Shown: positions 33,046 through 44,804 of the stretch, one piece after another
Layout of the letters: the number at the start of each line of letters is the position of its first letter
Numbering within the stretch: the first letter of the stretch is position 1
Source: Hyaloraphidium curvatum SAG 235-1
Lineage: Eukaryota > Fungi > Monoblepharomycota
Length of the DNA stretch: 64,000 nt
Assembly (NCBI GenBank): GCA_025558095.1
Contig: JAIVFI010000039.1
Span: 186,001-250,000 of the forward strand
Direction of reading: 5' to 3'
Translations under genes and position numbers: made by a program
Notes under the pieces: generated by a model
The model's input: the letters and a program-made list of their open reading frames with translations, nothing else
What the model was told of the DNA's origin: nothing
The model's database searches: none

Positions 33046-34207
33046 ATGCAGGCGGCACGCGTCCTGAGCGGGGCTGCCGCCGTCCGACACGCGCTCATCG
33101 CTCGTCCTCTGGTCCCGGCGGCGTCTCTGGCGGCCTCGCGGTCTCTGTACGGTCTTCCGGGCCTCCGAGCTCCTGCTGGACGATGGATCTCGCTCAAACC
33201 CGCGTCGTTTCCGAATCCACCGGCTCTCTTGGCGACTGGACCTGTTCTGCTCCGCCACCAGGATCTGCCGTCGGTCCGCGATCTGTGGGCTGCCCGGCGG
33301 CTGCGGTCGACTTGGCACGAAAGCTCCTCCTCCGTGCAGAGGCGCCGTTCCTCGGACCCGAAACCTGCGTCGTGGAAGCCGCCTCCCAGGCGTGAATCCG
33401 CGTTCGAATACCTCGATCGGTACCCAAGCTACCTGATCTGGGGCATCATCGCAATCAGCGGCGCCGTCTTCCTGGCTTGGCAGTACGCGATCCAGTCGGC
33501 GCAACGGTTCGGAGACTGGAAAGCGCTCAGATTCATGAGAATGAACTTTCTCTGCGACTGGAATGGCGTAGTCGGCGCAAAGCGCGTTTGGACCCTGCTG
33601 ACGTCCACGTTTTCGCACAACGAAAGTGCGTCGTCTGCGATGTCTCGGACAAAACCGGAGCTAACCTGATCCTTCCGAAGTGTGGCACTTTGGTATCAAC
33701 ATGTTCGTCCTTCATTCCTTCGGATCCACCGTAATCCAGACCATTGGTTCGCGGCTTTTCCTTCAACTATATCTGCTGTCTGGGGTGGCAAGCTCGTGCG
33801 CAGGACTTGTCTACTATCGCCTCTTCGACCGGAGGTCCAACGCGCCGTCACACGGAGCAAGCGGGAGCATTACCGCGATTACTGCGGTCTTTGCCGTGGG
33901 TTCACGCGCCGGGTTGGGTCCCTCCTCAGGCTTACCTCTCGGAACGCAACGCAGAGCATCTACCCGACAGCCACCATTTTCGTGTGGTTCATCCCAATGG
34001 TATGCATCCAGCGTCCGTGTCCGAGAGTTCGTTCTAAAGACCCTGCAGCCCGCTTGGGCCGCAGTTGCTGGGCTGGTCGGGATGGACGTCTACCGCGCGG
34101 CCTCTGGCACGTCTGGGCGGACCAACACTGCTGCGCACATCGGGGGAGCCTTGACCGGCCTGGCCTACTTTTTCATTCGCATAAAGCCATACTTGCGACC
34201 TCTCTAA
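33046..34207 (+). CDS. Mitochondrial rhomboid protease (PARL/Pcp1-like)
   Basis: Arg-rich presequence; WTLLTSTFSH, WHFGINM, catalytic GASG and AAHIGG. Three introns. Confidence 0.9.
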
Positions 34208-34445
34208 GCCGAGGTACGCGGGAAAACGGGGCGGAGGATGGAAGCGGATTCGGGGTTGCGATGAGCAAATAGAGCATTCATCCTTTGTTCGGAATCATCT
34301 TGGAACTAGGAAGCAGGGGCGCGACGTCAGAGTCACGGACGGGGGAGGGAACGGGGAACCTCGTCAGACCTCGCCCGCATCATCAGACCGTCTCAACGCA
34401 AACTCCTCCCACGCCGCAAGCGTTCACCACCCTGAAATCGCCTCA

Positions 34446-37431
34446 ATGAGCGCGACGGATGACTCCTCGGAAAGCGATGTGGACGACTCGCGGCCTCTGA
34501 GCGACTACGAGCTCGCGCTTCAGCTGCAGAATGAGTGGGACGCCGAGGATGCAGCTCAGGCCCCGCAGCCCCCGGTGGCCCCGGCGGGACCTGCGACTCC
34601 GGCAGCGAAGGCGAAGAAGGAGGAAGTGGTAATCGTCCTTGATAGCGACGAGGAGGACGACGACGTGGAGGTCTTGTCGTCGGTCCCGGCGACGAAGCGG
34701 CCTGGGACAGAGAACGACGAGGCCCTCGCCAGGCGGCTGCAGGAGGAGTGGTCTCCTGGCCCGGCGCAGCCCAAAGCGAGACCTTCTGGGAATCTGAACA
34801 ACGCCGTTTGGCTCAACACCTCGCTGCAGGATGCGGACTGCGACCCGGCGGCAGGATTTGTCGGGCTGGAATCCAAGGTTTCTTCCTGCATTCCCGCCAG
34901 TGCAGCACTCTCGGATCTGCTTTCCGCCTTCTCCGAAGACTTTTCTTGCCCCAATCCCGAATGTGCTGGATCCTGCGAGCCGTTTGGACTCGTCGATGCT
35001 GCTCTTTCTCCGGACGATGTTCCGTGCGGCGAGTTCCTCCGCTTTCTGGAGCACGCGTGCAGCCAGGGCAAGTGTGGGACATGCGATGCACGCTTCTGCA
35101 TTGCGTGCCGGCAGCTGCTTGAGTCGGCCGAGGCGGGCGGAGATGAATCGAGTCGTTCTTGGAGCGATCATTGTTCTCTCCTTAGGTATGCTTGATTCTT
35201 TCCCGATTCGACCACAACGTTCATTTAAAATCTGGCAGATTGTTGCTCACGTACGCTGCACTCGCCAAACTCGCCAAGCGTGTCGCAGAGAACGAGGAGG
35301 AAGAGGAAACCGCTGCGAAGAGGCCCAGACTCGAGCCTGCGCCACAACCAGCCAGAGGACGGGGAAGAGGTCGCAGGGGCCGAGGTGGGCGATACGGTGC
35401 CTCACCGATGACCAACGGGGCTGGGACGGGCTATGCTTATGGCGGTCACAGTCACTTCTACGGTCAAGCTGCCCCGAGCAACGGCTCTGTCTCGTCGGCG
35501 CTCAACGAGCAGCTGACGCGCCAGCACAAGATGGACGACGACCTCGTGAATCTTTTCGACAGCCTCATCTTTCTGCTTCCAGACTCATCGCTGCGTTTCG
35601 CGACGCCGGACCTTTTCCCGCACGAGCTTTTGCCATCCCTGCTCCGAAAATCGTCGCTCATTGACGTCCTTGCGGGCTTGCTGCGGAACGATAGCTTCCT
35701 CGAAATCACCGGCGCTTCGGACGGCTACGTGCCCCCGCCGCGAAGGTACTCTTACGGCTACCAGGACTATGCGATGATGGCCATGGGTTTGGGCGGTTTC
35801 CCTGGCGAAGACGGGGGAGCGGAGAATGCCGGTGCACCGCCTGCCGTTCCCACGATTGCTGCAGCAAAGGGGCGCTCCGCTGTGTACATCAAGGGACTCG
35901 AACTTATCCGGGCGCTCGTGGACGGTCACGAGATCCTGGCATCCGTCGTGATTCAGGGCTACGACGCCGTGCCGTCGCAGACCCCATCCAAGGGACGGAA
36001 ACGGGGCAGAGGAGATGGGCAGAATGCCGAGTCCGAGCATGTGCCCTCGATTCTGGAGATGCTCACGGGTTTGCTCAAGCAGGCCGACGTGTTCGTTGCG
36101 TCTATCGCCAAAACCGCAAATGACGATATGCTGGAGGAGGAAAGGTCGGCTGCTGCACTTGGGCTTGCTCTGGAGCTCAAGGCCGCGGGCGAGAGAATCA
36201 CCGCTTCGGCCAAGCGTATGGGTCTGCAGGCGCAGGTTGGAAGCTCGACGCAGATGGCCGGGGGAGCTGGCAACTCTTCGGTCAAGGACAGCAGCTCGTC
36301 GGGGTACGCCGACCTCCTCAAGGAGCATGTCTTTGGCGAAGTCGATCTCAAGATCGTCGAATCGAAGCACCCCGGTGCGGCGGCGGCTGCATACTCGAAT
36401 GTGGCACCGAATCGGGGCCGCACACTGAGGATCAACCAGGAGGCCGCCACTCTGTCGACTTCCCTGCCCGCACCGGAGCCTTCGTCTTCCATCTTCCTGC
36501 GGGTGGACGACAACTCCTTCGACAAGTGGCGGTTTATCATTACCGGGCCGGCGGAAGATACACCCTACGCTTACGGGTGTTTCCTCTTCGATACTTCATT
36601 CGGTGCCGGCTACCCGCACGAGCCGCCGAGTGTCCGCATCCTTACAACGGGAAAAGGAACTTGCCGCTTTAACCCGAACCTTTACGCAGATGGTGCGTCC
36701 TGCCTTGCTTCGCTTGCGGCGGTGGCCTAACTTGCCGTTCTGCAGGCAAAGTCTGTCTCTCTTTGCTGAACACGTGGCAAGGATCACCCGAGGAGATGTG
36801 GCAGCCCAACAAGTCTACGATCTCCCAAGTTTTGCTGTCGATCCAGACGTTCATCCTCGTTCCTCAGCCCTACTTCAACGAAGTGAGCCGCGGCAGCCGA
36901 CGCGAAGCTTCGTTGTCTGACACCCCGCAGCCCGGCTACGGTCCACCGAATCCGAAGAATCCTCAATCTATCGCCTACAACAAGGTCGTTCGTCGGAACA
37001 CTGTGCGTCTCGCCATGGTGGACATGCTTCGAAATCCTCCGGCTGGGTTCGAGGATGTCGTGAGACGTCACTTTTGGTGGCTGCATAACGGCGCCCCGGC
37101 CAAGGTCGAAGGCTCGCCTTCTCAGAGCTCCAAAGGGAAAGGCAAACCCACACCCGTCACCAAGAGCGGCAGTCGCGTGCTCGATCTCGTCCGCGGATGG
37201 GCACGCGAGGACAGGGACTGGGACGGTACCAACCGCCCGGAATATCAGCCGATCTACTACGCAAGCAAGGGCAAGAACAAGAGCTTGGTGGCGCCAGCGG
37301 CTGCTACTGCCGCTGCTCCAGTCGAGGGGGAGTTTGCCGAGTTCGGTGCGGGATGGTCGAAGCTGCTCACCGAGCTCAAAACGGAGCTCGATCGCCTGGA
37401 GGCGCCCAACGTTGTGGTCGTGGACTCGTAA
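34446..37431 (+). CDS. Large ubiquitin-conjugating enzyme with BIRC6/BRUCE-type UBC domain
   Basis: LSTSLP..SSIFLRVD...IITGP.EDTPYAYGCFLFD...[44 protein letters not shown]. Three introns. Confidence 0.9.
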
Positions 37432-37635
37432 CACCGATGCTGCGTCGACTTTTGTCATTCCTTGTACAGTGGAATGGTAGCTTCTTCTGCCTCTCATGAT
37501 TCATGACATTCCGACCAACGAGTTGATTGAGGGTCCGACAGGGTCCCCTGCTGCGCCCGAACTCCTCCGTCCCCATCGCACCGCCTCTGCTCCGTACTCA
37601 ATAGATTTCGTTGCCTCCGAGAAAACTAAGTGAAA

Positions 37636-38538
37636 ATGGCTACTGGCACCGTCGGTGAGCTTGAGCGCACGCCCCGGCTCCCGCGGACATGCTGAGCCCG
37701 AGCCTCCACGCCTCTGTCTCCCCACCCGCTTCCCGGCCTTGGAACTCTCCTCGACGCTCCACAACGACCTCCCAACCCTCATACATGTGCTCTAGAGCTA
37801 TTCACCTTCTGGAACGAGGGGCGGACCGACAATCTGACCGTTGGCTCGCCTGTTCGTGGTGCTCACCGGCCGAGATCGACAACCACCGTTGACCGCGGCC
37901 TGTTGCCTCCAGGAGGGCATCCTGGATGCCGGAAGTGCCGGCTATGTCAAGGTCAGACCCGAGTGCAGAGTTCTTGCACGTGCGGACAAGGTTCGTCGCC
38001 TTTGCAGGCGTTCCCTGCTGACTTGTTCCTATTCTGACTCTTGGCTCCGTGGCGCTACAGGGTCTCTTGCCTCTGAACCTTTACTGTGCGTTCAGATCGG
38101 GCTCTTTGCAAGATTGGCGTGTTTTCGTGGCTCACCCGCATTCCTGCAGGGCACGCGGGACGGCAGGACAACCTCCTCGTTGCCTCCGAGAAGGGGAACC
38201 AGGATGCCAAGGATGCAGGGTACGCCTTTGTCCGCACCGAAGGATACTGCTTTACTGCAGAATCGGGCCCGACGCCGAAGGATGCTTCCCACGTGCCTCT
38301 GAAGTACGAGTTGGCGGCCTGTACCGCTGCCAGCGACTGATCGTTCCCATCTGCACTGCATCGTGGCGCTGCTCTTGCCGACTTGCTTCACCTTTCCGTA
38401 AACTTCAACTTCTGCAGGCTCTACTACCACGAAGGGCGCCAGGACAACCTTAGTGCGGCGAACCCCGACACAATCAAGGACGCTGAAGCAGCTGGCTATG
38501 TGCTTCAGCGCGTAGAGGCCATGGTTCTGCAGCACTGA
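37636..38538 (+). CDS. 150-aa three-repeat protein (DUF5648-like repeats), 6 exons
   Basis: Exons 37636-37654, 37796-37851, 37913-37990, 38061-38085, 38150-38303, 38418-38538 (453 nt, all GT-AG). They give three repeats of (P)L.L(Y/F)(W/Y)..GR.DNL........DA..AGY...R.E. Confidence 0.8.
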
Positions 38539-38804
38539 AGCGCACGGGAAGGCGGAGCCGACTGAGGCCGTGCTAGGATGCTCAGCTGCGAATCCGAACC
38601 AGGTGGATAGGGCCCCGGCATCTACGGCGGGCGGAGCCTGGCTTCTTGCATGATATGTATTCTCGACTACATCGCATTGACTATCCACAGTTCGATAGCC
38701 CATCGGAGTGATGCAGGTGATGCATCCTGCGCCCGCCATACTGTACATCCTAGGAGTGTTCTCCGCCCCCAGCTGTCCCGAATCTCGAATCAAACGCGTC
38801 CCCA

Positions 38805-39984
38805 ATGCTCGTCGGCCTTGCGGGGCCCGCAGCCGCCGGCAAAACGACGGTTGCGGAGCATCTTTCGCAGCGGCATGGCTACCAGATCCTTCGGATTGTG
38901 GACGCAGGCGAACCGTCCGCGGACTCGTCCACCTTTCCCGACGCGGACGCGCTGCTTGATTTTGTGATGTCGGACAACAACTGGCGCCGCGACTTCGTCG
39001 TTGATGAGCTGCGAACGCTTGCTGCTCTCGACGTGCTGAGGAGGAGGCCGTTTTTCGTTCTCGTGTACGTGGACGCCCCGGCGGGCCACCGCGTCCGGAG
39101 GGCAGCGGACGCGTCCAACAGCGGCAGGGTGGAGCTTTTCGACCTCATCGCGGCCGACGACGCGCGTTTCCATGATCTCGCCGTCCTGAACGCGCTCTCG
39201 GACCTGCGCGTGGTCAACGCAGCGCCGTCTCCCGCCGCCTTTGCCGCGGACCTGGCTGGCTACGTGGATCGCGCCGCCCTGGCCGAACGCTGCCGGCCCT
39301 CGTGGGACACCTATTTCATGCACCTAGCGGCGCTCGCCGCGCGGAGATCAAACTGCATGAAGCGGCGCGTCGGCTGCATCCTTGTCCGCGACAAGAGGGT
39401 CATTGCAACGGGGTACAACGGCACGCCCAGAGGAGTGCGCAACTGCAACGAAGGGGGCTGCGCCCGCTGCAATGTGGGGACGAAATGCGGCGTGAACCTG
39501 GACACTTGCCTGTGCCTTCACGCTGAGGAGAACGCCCTCCTGGAAGCTGGACGCGAGAGGTAGCTTTCGGCGGGTTGATTTGACGTCCCGCCCCCCGTGA
39601 CTTTCTTTCCGTACAGGGTGGAGGGCCGGTACGCTCTCGATCCGTCGTCGCAATCCTCCGCAACGCTGTACTGCAACACGTGCCCTTGTTTGCAGTGCGC
39701 GAAGCGGCTGGTCCAGGTCGGAGTGCGCGAGGTGGTATACTCCCAAGCGTACGGGATGGATGAGGCGACGAAGATGCTGCTCGACGAAGCCGGGGTGAAG
39801 CTGAGGCAGTACAGGTGGGCACGGCGTCCGCGGGAGGCTATCCTCGGGCTCACAGCTTCGCCAAAGGGCCCCGGAAACGAGCGACATCCTTCTGTGCGAA
39901 GACTCCGTCACCACACCGCCTCCCGGTTTGCTCAGTGCAGACTCGGCCTTCATGGACTCGCTGGAGACTCTGGCTCTGAACTAG
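38805..39984 (+). CDS. DCD1: dCMP deaminase with N-terminal P-loop domain
   Basis: GPAAAGKT; RPSWDTYFM.LA.LAARRSNCMKRRVG; GYNGTP; CLHAEENA; TCPCLQC. The last exon boundary is uncertain. Confidence 0.93.
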
Positions 39985-40188
39985 CGAGCTCCGGCCACGG
40001 TATCTTACAGAGTGTGACTATGTACATGATGGCGGTATCGGCAATTCTAGCGCAAGAGCAGAGATTTCCAAAAGCGCTGTTAATTCCGCGGCATGGGGTT
40101 GATGATGGTATCGAATGTAAGCATGAATGTGAATCAGAATGAGGAAACAGATCGCCATCGAGACAGGTCGGTCATGGCGGCTCCAAGA

Positions 40189-40783
40189 TCATGTCCATCC
40201 GTTCTCTTTGGTGGTTCGCGCCTTCTGCATTGCGAAGATCGGCGATTCAGAGGGGCCTGCGGGAGAGCGACCGCGACGAACCTCGACGATAAAGGTCCCC
40301 TCCTTGTACTTTTGGGACTGCTCGTAGGCGTGCAGCTGTGGAAGCAGGCTTCGACTCAGCTGCTGACCGCCGGGCACCAGCAAGGCACCTACGTATTTCC
40401 ATCCGACCGTGGTCTGGCACACGTTGCAGAAGATGTCGGCGACAGTGTGAAGCCCCGTGATCAGCTGCCGCTCCTCCTTCGTTCCCAGGGAGACGTTTTC
40501 GCTAGTGTCGATGACCAGACGAGAGTTGCATGGGGTGGGAGGCGGTGGCGTCGCGAAGGCCTGCGGGTGGCAGCGCCGGACCGAACCTACACATTCCGGA
40601 AGAGATATGCCCTGCCGTGGCGGCCTTGGAAGGCCTATTGAGCATCAATCAGCACCCGACGACGCAGGCCGGCTCCGGAGGCGCGGAACCTGCCTTCGAG
40701 ATGATGTCCTCGTGCTTCGCCAGGTGGGCGTGGCACGCCGTGCAGGTGTAGATCCTGGTGCTGTCGTCCAGGTACGTCTGCAT
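40189..40783 (-). CDS. Yippee-like (YPEL/Moh1) zinc-binding protein
   Basis: [34 protein letters not shown]...[39 protein letters not shown]. Four introns, one GC-AG. Confidence 0.92.
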
Positions 40784-41156
40784 TGCGTCGCGCGGAATGA
40801 TCCGGCGGCGCGCGCGCGGCGGCGGCGGGAGATGCGACGCGGGGGAGGCCGGGGGTCACATGGGGTCGGCCGGGGCGGGCGGCGTCAGAGCAGGCGCGGC
40901 ACGCGTCGGAGCGGCGGGCGGCCGACCTGGAACACTTTGCCCATCGCGACGAGTGCGTCGGCGCGGGCAGAGGGCGGATGCCGGTCTCGTCGAGTAGTGA
41001 GCGGGCTCCGGGATTTCAAGGTGGACGAACCACCGCGTGGCCGCCACCAAGTCAACATCCCCGTCACGTCTTCACGCCGCCGATCGCGAGATCCAACGAT
41101 GCAATGCCATTTCATCAATCATTTCCAATAGGTTCGCATCTACCACCCGCCCTTGT

Positions 41157-43128
41157 TCAATAGCTAGGCCCGCTCTGCACCCACGTCGCCTCCACCAGCT
41201 GCCTCACCGTGAGCCTCTCGCCCTCCTTCAGCTGCAGGCACCTCCGAATCAGCTCCCTCGCACCGAGCGTCACCTGCCGCCGCGCGAGCGCGGCCTCGTC
41301 GTACTGCCCCTTGAGGATGCGGAGCTGCAGCCGCGGCGCAAACTCGTCGTGGAAGGGCAGCGTGCCCGTCAGCAAGGCAAATAGGATCACGGCGGCGGCC
41401 CAGATGTCCTGCGCGCCCGTGACGACGGCCGGCTGGGCGCCAGAGGCGTTGGGCGGGGAGAGGGAAGAAAGCTCCGGCTGCGAAGCGGCCTTGGAGAGGA
41501 TCGGGGAGCGCTCCTGGCCTGCCGCTCCGAGCATCCTCGGGGAGACGGCGGGGCTGCTCGAGCCCCGCCGCAGTAGTTCGGGGGCCATGTAGGCGAGCGT
41601 GCCCGCCAGCAGGCCGTCGTTGTGGTGCTGGGCGGGGTTGCCGATGTACTCGGACAGGCCAAAGTCGCCGATTTTGACCTGCAGCCGGTCCATCGTCTGG
41701 GCGGCCATGTCCCCAATGTCGCAAAACAGCCTCCGACGGTGCTCGCCGTGGTCAAAAGTGGACGTCCCGGGGGACCTGAAACCCTCAATCCGCGCCGACG
41801 TGCGCAGGAGAACGTTCTCCAACTTCAGGTCCCCGTGACAGACCGCCACATCCTCGTGCAGGTACCGCAGGCCCTCCGCGATCTGGCGGAACAGCAGCCA
41901 CGCCGCCCTCTCCGGAATGCCCTGCGGGTGCGCCTGCAGGAGCTGGTACAGACTGCCCCCGTCGGCGAGCTCGCACACGATGTAGGTCGCGTGCTCCGTG
42001 TCCAGCACCTCGTACATGCGCACGATGTTGGGGTGCCGCAGGCGCTGCCAGATGGCGATCTCGCGGTCCAGGGATTCCTGGGCGAGCTCAGGATCGGAAC
42101 GGTGCTGCGCGAGGGATAGCGGGGAGGGGTTGCGCTGCGATCCCGGCGCCGACGGCGGGGCAATAGGTATGGCGGGGGAACGCGCGGCGGCGTCGGGTAA
42201 GGAGGAGAGGGAGGAAGAATGTTGCAGCGGGGAATGCTGTCTCGGCGACAGGCGGCTCCCGGGCAGCTGCGGGAACGAGGAACTGGCGTTTACGGCGACA
42301 ACGGGGGAGCCGCCGCCGCTCTCCTTGGGCACGACCTTGATGGCAACGTGCCGGATGCCTTCGTCGCCAATGCCCCCGCTCTCCACGGTCCAGCCCTCCA
42401 CGACGTATGAAAACGCCCCGCGGTCAAGCTGTCGGCCGAGGACGTAGCTCCCGATCTGGTCGCCCTCGATGCCGAGGTGCCCTTCGGCGGTGGGCAAGGT
42501 CGACTCGGCGAAGCTCGCCAGGAAGGATACCGCGGGCGACTTTTGAAGGGACTCGTAGGCCGCCGCGCTAATGGGGAACCCGTCTGCCGAGCCCAGCGAA
42601 GCGTTCCGCGCGCGCGAATGTTCTCCAGGCCGTATCTTTTCAATCCGGCTCCGGTCCCTAGGGGGCAGTGACATGTGAGACGCGACAGGCGAGCAAGGAG
42701 CGGCGGACCGACCTCCGCAGATGTCCCGGAATGGCGCGCCCGCTGCCGTCCGACGCGATGGACGCGATCGACAGGCCCATGGACGCCGGCGGGGAGCCGC
42801 CGCCGAAATCCGAGGAAGCCTCGGATTCCTGGATCTCGAACTCGAGCGCCGACGCGCCCAGAGCGCCGCCCGGGCGACCCGGGAGCCCCCCCGCGAGCCC
42901 GACGACCGGTGCGACATAGCGAGCGTGCCCATATTCCGACGTCACGTCCTGCGAGCCTGCCGAGGCGTCGTCGGATTGGCGCGCGCCCGTCAGGGGGATC
43001 GCGATGGGCGAGGGGATGGGGATGGGGTGCGAGTGGCGCCGCTCGTCGTGGCGGTCGGACTTCTGCTGGCGCCGCGCGTCGTCCGGCCCCAGCAGGGAGA
43101 CGTCGGTCTGCGCGGGGGACGCGTCCAT
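41157..43128 (-). CDS. Ser/Thr protein kinase, CAMK group (SNF1/MARK-related)
   Basis: LDRGAFSYV, VAIK, REIAIWQRLRHPNI, HGDLKLEN, DFG, GTLAYMAPE, DIWA, GTLPF. One intron ~42659-42711. Confidence 0.9.
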
Positions 43129-43346
43129 GGCGTTGGCGGGGCGCGTGTCCCGTCGGGGCGCGGGAGGAATCACGGGCCGGGGGAGACGGTGCGGCGCTGA
43201 TATCTCTCTCGTCGCGTCGCCCGGAGGCGCGCCATGGGGCGGCTGCGGGCGGGCTTCGCCATCCCGCGAATAAGCGATCGCGCGAGTGCTGATCGAAGTT
43301 GCGGGATCCACGACATCTGCCCTTCGCCTGCTGCCCCGCTGCCCAA

Positions 43347-43974
43347 ATGGCCGACGTTATCGGACTTATCATACTGATCGCCGTGGCGCTGTTCATCATC
43401 CGCCTGTTTGCCGGCGGCCCGGAGAGCCCCTCGCGGCCACAGCGCGCCGCTCCCCATCGCCCGCCCGGCCGGCACCCCGTCGCGCAGGCGAGGGTCGACC
43501 AGGTCGCCGCGCTGTTCCCGAACATCCGGGTGGACGACATCAGAGAGGACCTGGCGCGAACGGGCTCGGTGGACGCGACAATCGAGAACATCCTGTCGGG
43601 CAGGCTCGTGGTGGGTCGCCCCGAAACCCCGCCCGTGCTTCCCACCAACGGCCGCTCCTGGACAGCCGCGACCACAGGACTCCTCCTCCTCAAAGTCGGC
43701 CGCTCCCCCGCCGTCGAAGCTCGCCTCGCTGCTCGAGGTGGAGCCCCTGGAGACGCCGCCGCCAAACAAGTGGGAGTCGTCGCCCGAGGCGCGGGCAAAC
43801 AACCTGAAGCAGCGCAAGGCTTTCATGCTGCAGGAGGCTCGGAGGTGGGTCCGACCGCTCGCTCCACTCTGCTCTGATTTGAAACGTGTTCCCGGCAACA
43901 GAAAGTTCATGGAAAAGAACGGACAGCCGGCCGCGCCCGACGCGCCATCGGCCGCCACGGGTGCGGCTTCCTAG
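43347..43974 (+). CDS. ER membrane CUE-domain protein (Cue1/Cue4-like)
   Basis: N-terminal TM; CUE domain VAALFPNI..DDIREDLARTGSVDATIENIL; C-terminal W..SPEARANNLKQRKAFMLQEARRKF (Ubc7-binding-region-like). Confidence 0.85.
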
Positions 43975-44072
43975 CCTCCCTCTCACATCACCCTTGGGCA
44001 TCGCGTTGAGATGAGCACCCGAGGAGCGGTGCAGCTCGAGCACGGTCGACGGCATTCGTATCACTGAGTAGA

Positions 44073-44804
44073 TCAGACCCAGATGGGGGGGTAGGACCCC
44101 ATGTTCTGCTTCTTCCACGTCCTCCGCCAATCGGGCCCGGTCTGCACGTGCCCCGCCCTCACCCACTTGGCCGCGCCCTCGAACTCGCCCGTGCCTTCCC
44201 TCGTTCGGAGCCTCCCCGCCCGACGCACGACGACGCCCTCGATCTCGGGGCCGAAAGCGGATCCCGCGGCCATTGCGCGGTCGATCAGCGCCGCGAGGTC
44301 GTCTGGAGTTGACAGGGTGCCGCGGAACAGCACCGGCGGTACGGGGATGCCCAGTTCCTCGGCCAGCCCGGCCATCTCGTCCCAAGACCACCACACCGCC
44401 GTGCCGCCGGCATCGTCGCGCGGCCCGTACACCGCAAAGAGGAAGAACGGGCTGGGAACCACTCGATAGGTGATGCTGTGAACCGCAGTGACGTTTTCCC
44501 CGAAGAGGAAGAGTTCGTTGCTCACGCGTCCGGCGAGCAGCGGGAGCACATCCGACTTGATCAACGAAAACGAAGGGTGCGAAGACGGCTGCGAGAGCGT
44601 CCGCGCGTAGACCTGACCGCCGTGGAGACACGTGCACCCTCCGTCCAACTTCTCCGTCGCGATAAAATCCACGCCAACGAACCCCGCGATAAAATCCACA
44701 CCGACGAACCCCGCATCCCCCGCGGCCGACACGAAAATGTCGTCCGACTGAGCGCCGGGGGAGCCAGGAAGGTGGGCAATGCGGGGAAACCCCGAAATCG
44801 CCAT
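44073..44804 (-). CDS. ATP-dependent RNA ligase family protein (Rnl2-type nucleotidyltransferase), intronless
   Basis: Motif I TEKLDG, III LFGEN, IIIa FFLFAV, IV EGVVVR, V AKWVR. N-terminal FPRIAHLPGSPG...DD and C-terminal HVQT..W are typical of bacterial/phage members. Confidence 0.85.
   Translation of the reverse strand: MAISGFPRIAHLPGSPGAQSDDIFVSAAGDAGFVGVDFIAGFVGVDFIATEKLDGGCTCLHGGQVYARTLSQPSSHPSFSLIKSDVLPLLAGRVSNELFLFGENVTAVHSITYRVVPSPFFLFAVYGPRDDAGGTAVWWSWDEMAGLAEELGIPVPPVLFRGTLSTPDDLAALIDRAMAAGSAFGPEIEGVVVRRAGRLRTREGTGEFEGAAKWVRAGHVQTGPDWRRTWKKQNMGSYPPIWV
44659..44714 (-). repeat. In-frame 27-bp tandem duplication (AGFVGVDFI x2) inside the RNA ligase
   Basis: gcgataaaatccacgccaacgaacccc / gcgataaaatccacaccgacgaacccc; two synonymous differences. 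Confidence 0.92.

Noticed and set aside
38805-39290. P-loop kinase-like domain fused to dCMP deaminase as a novel fusion
   Set aside because: This N-terminal extension is the usual architecture of fungal Dcd1.
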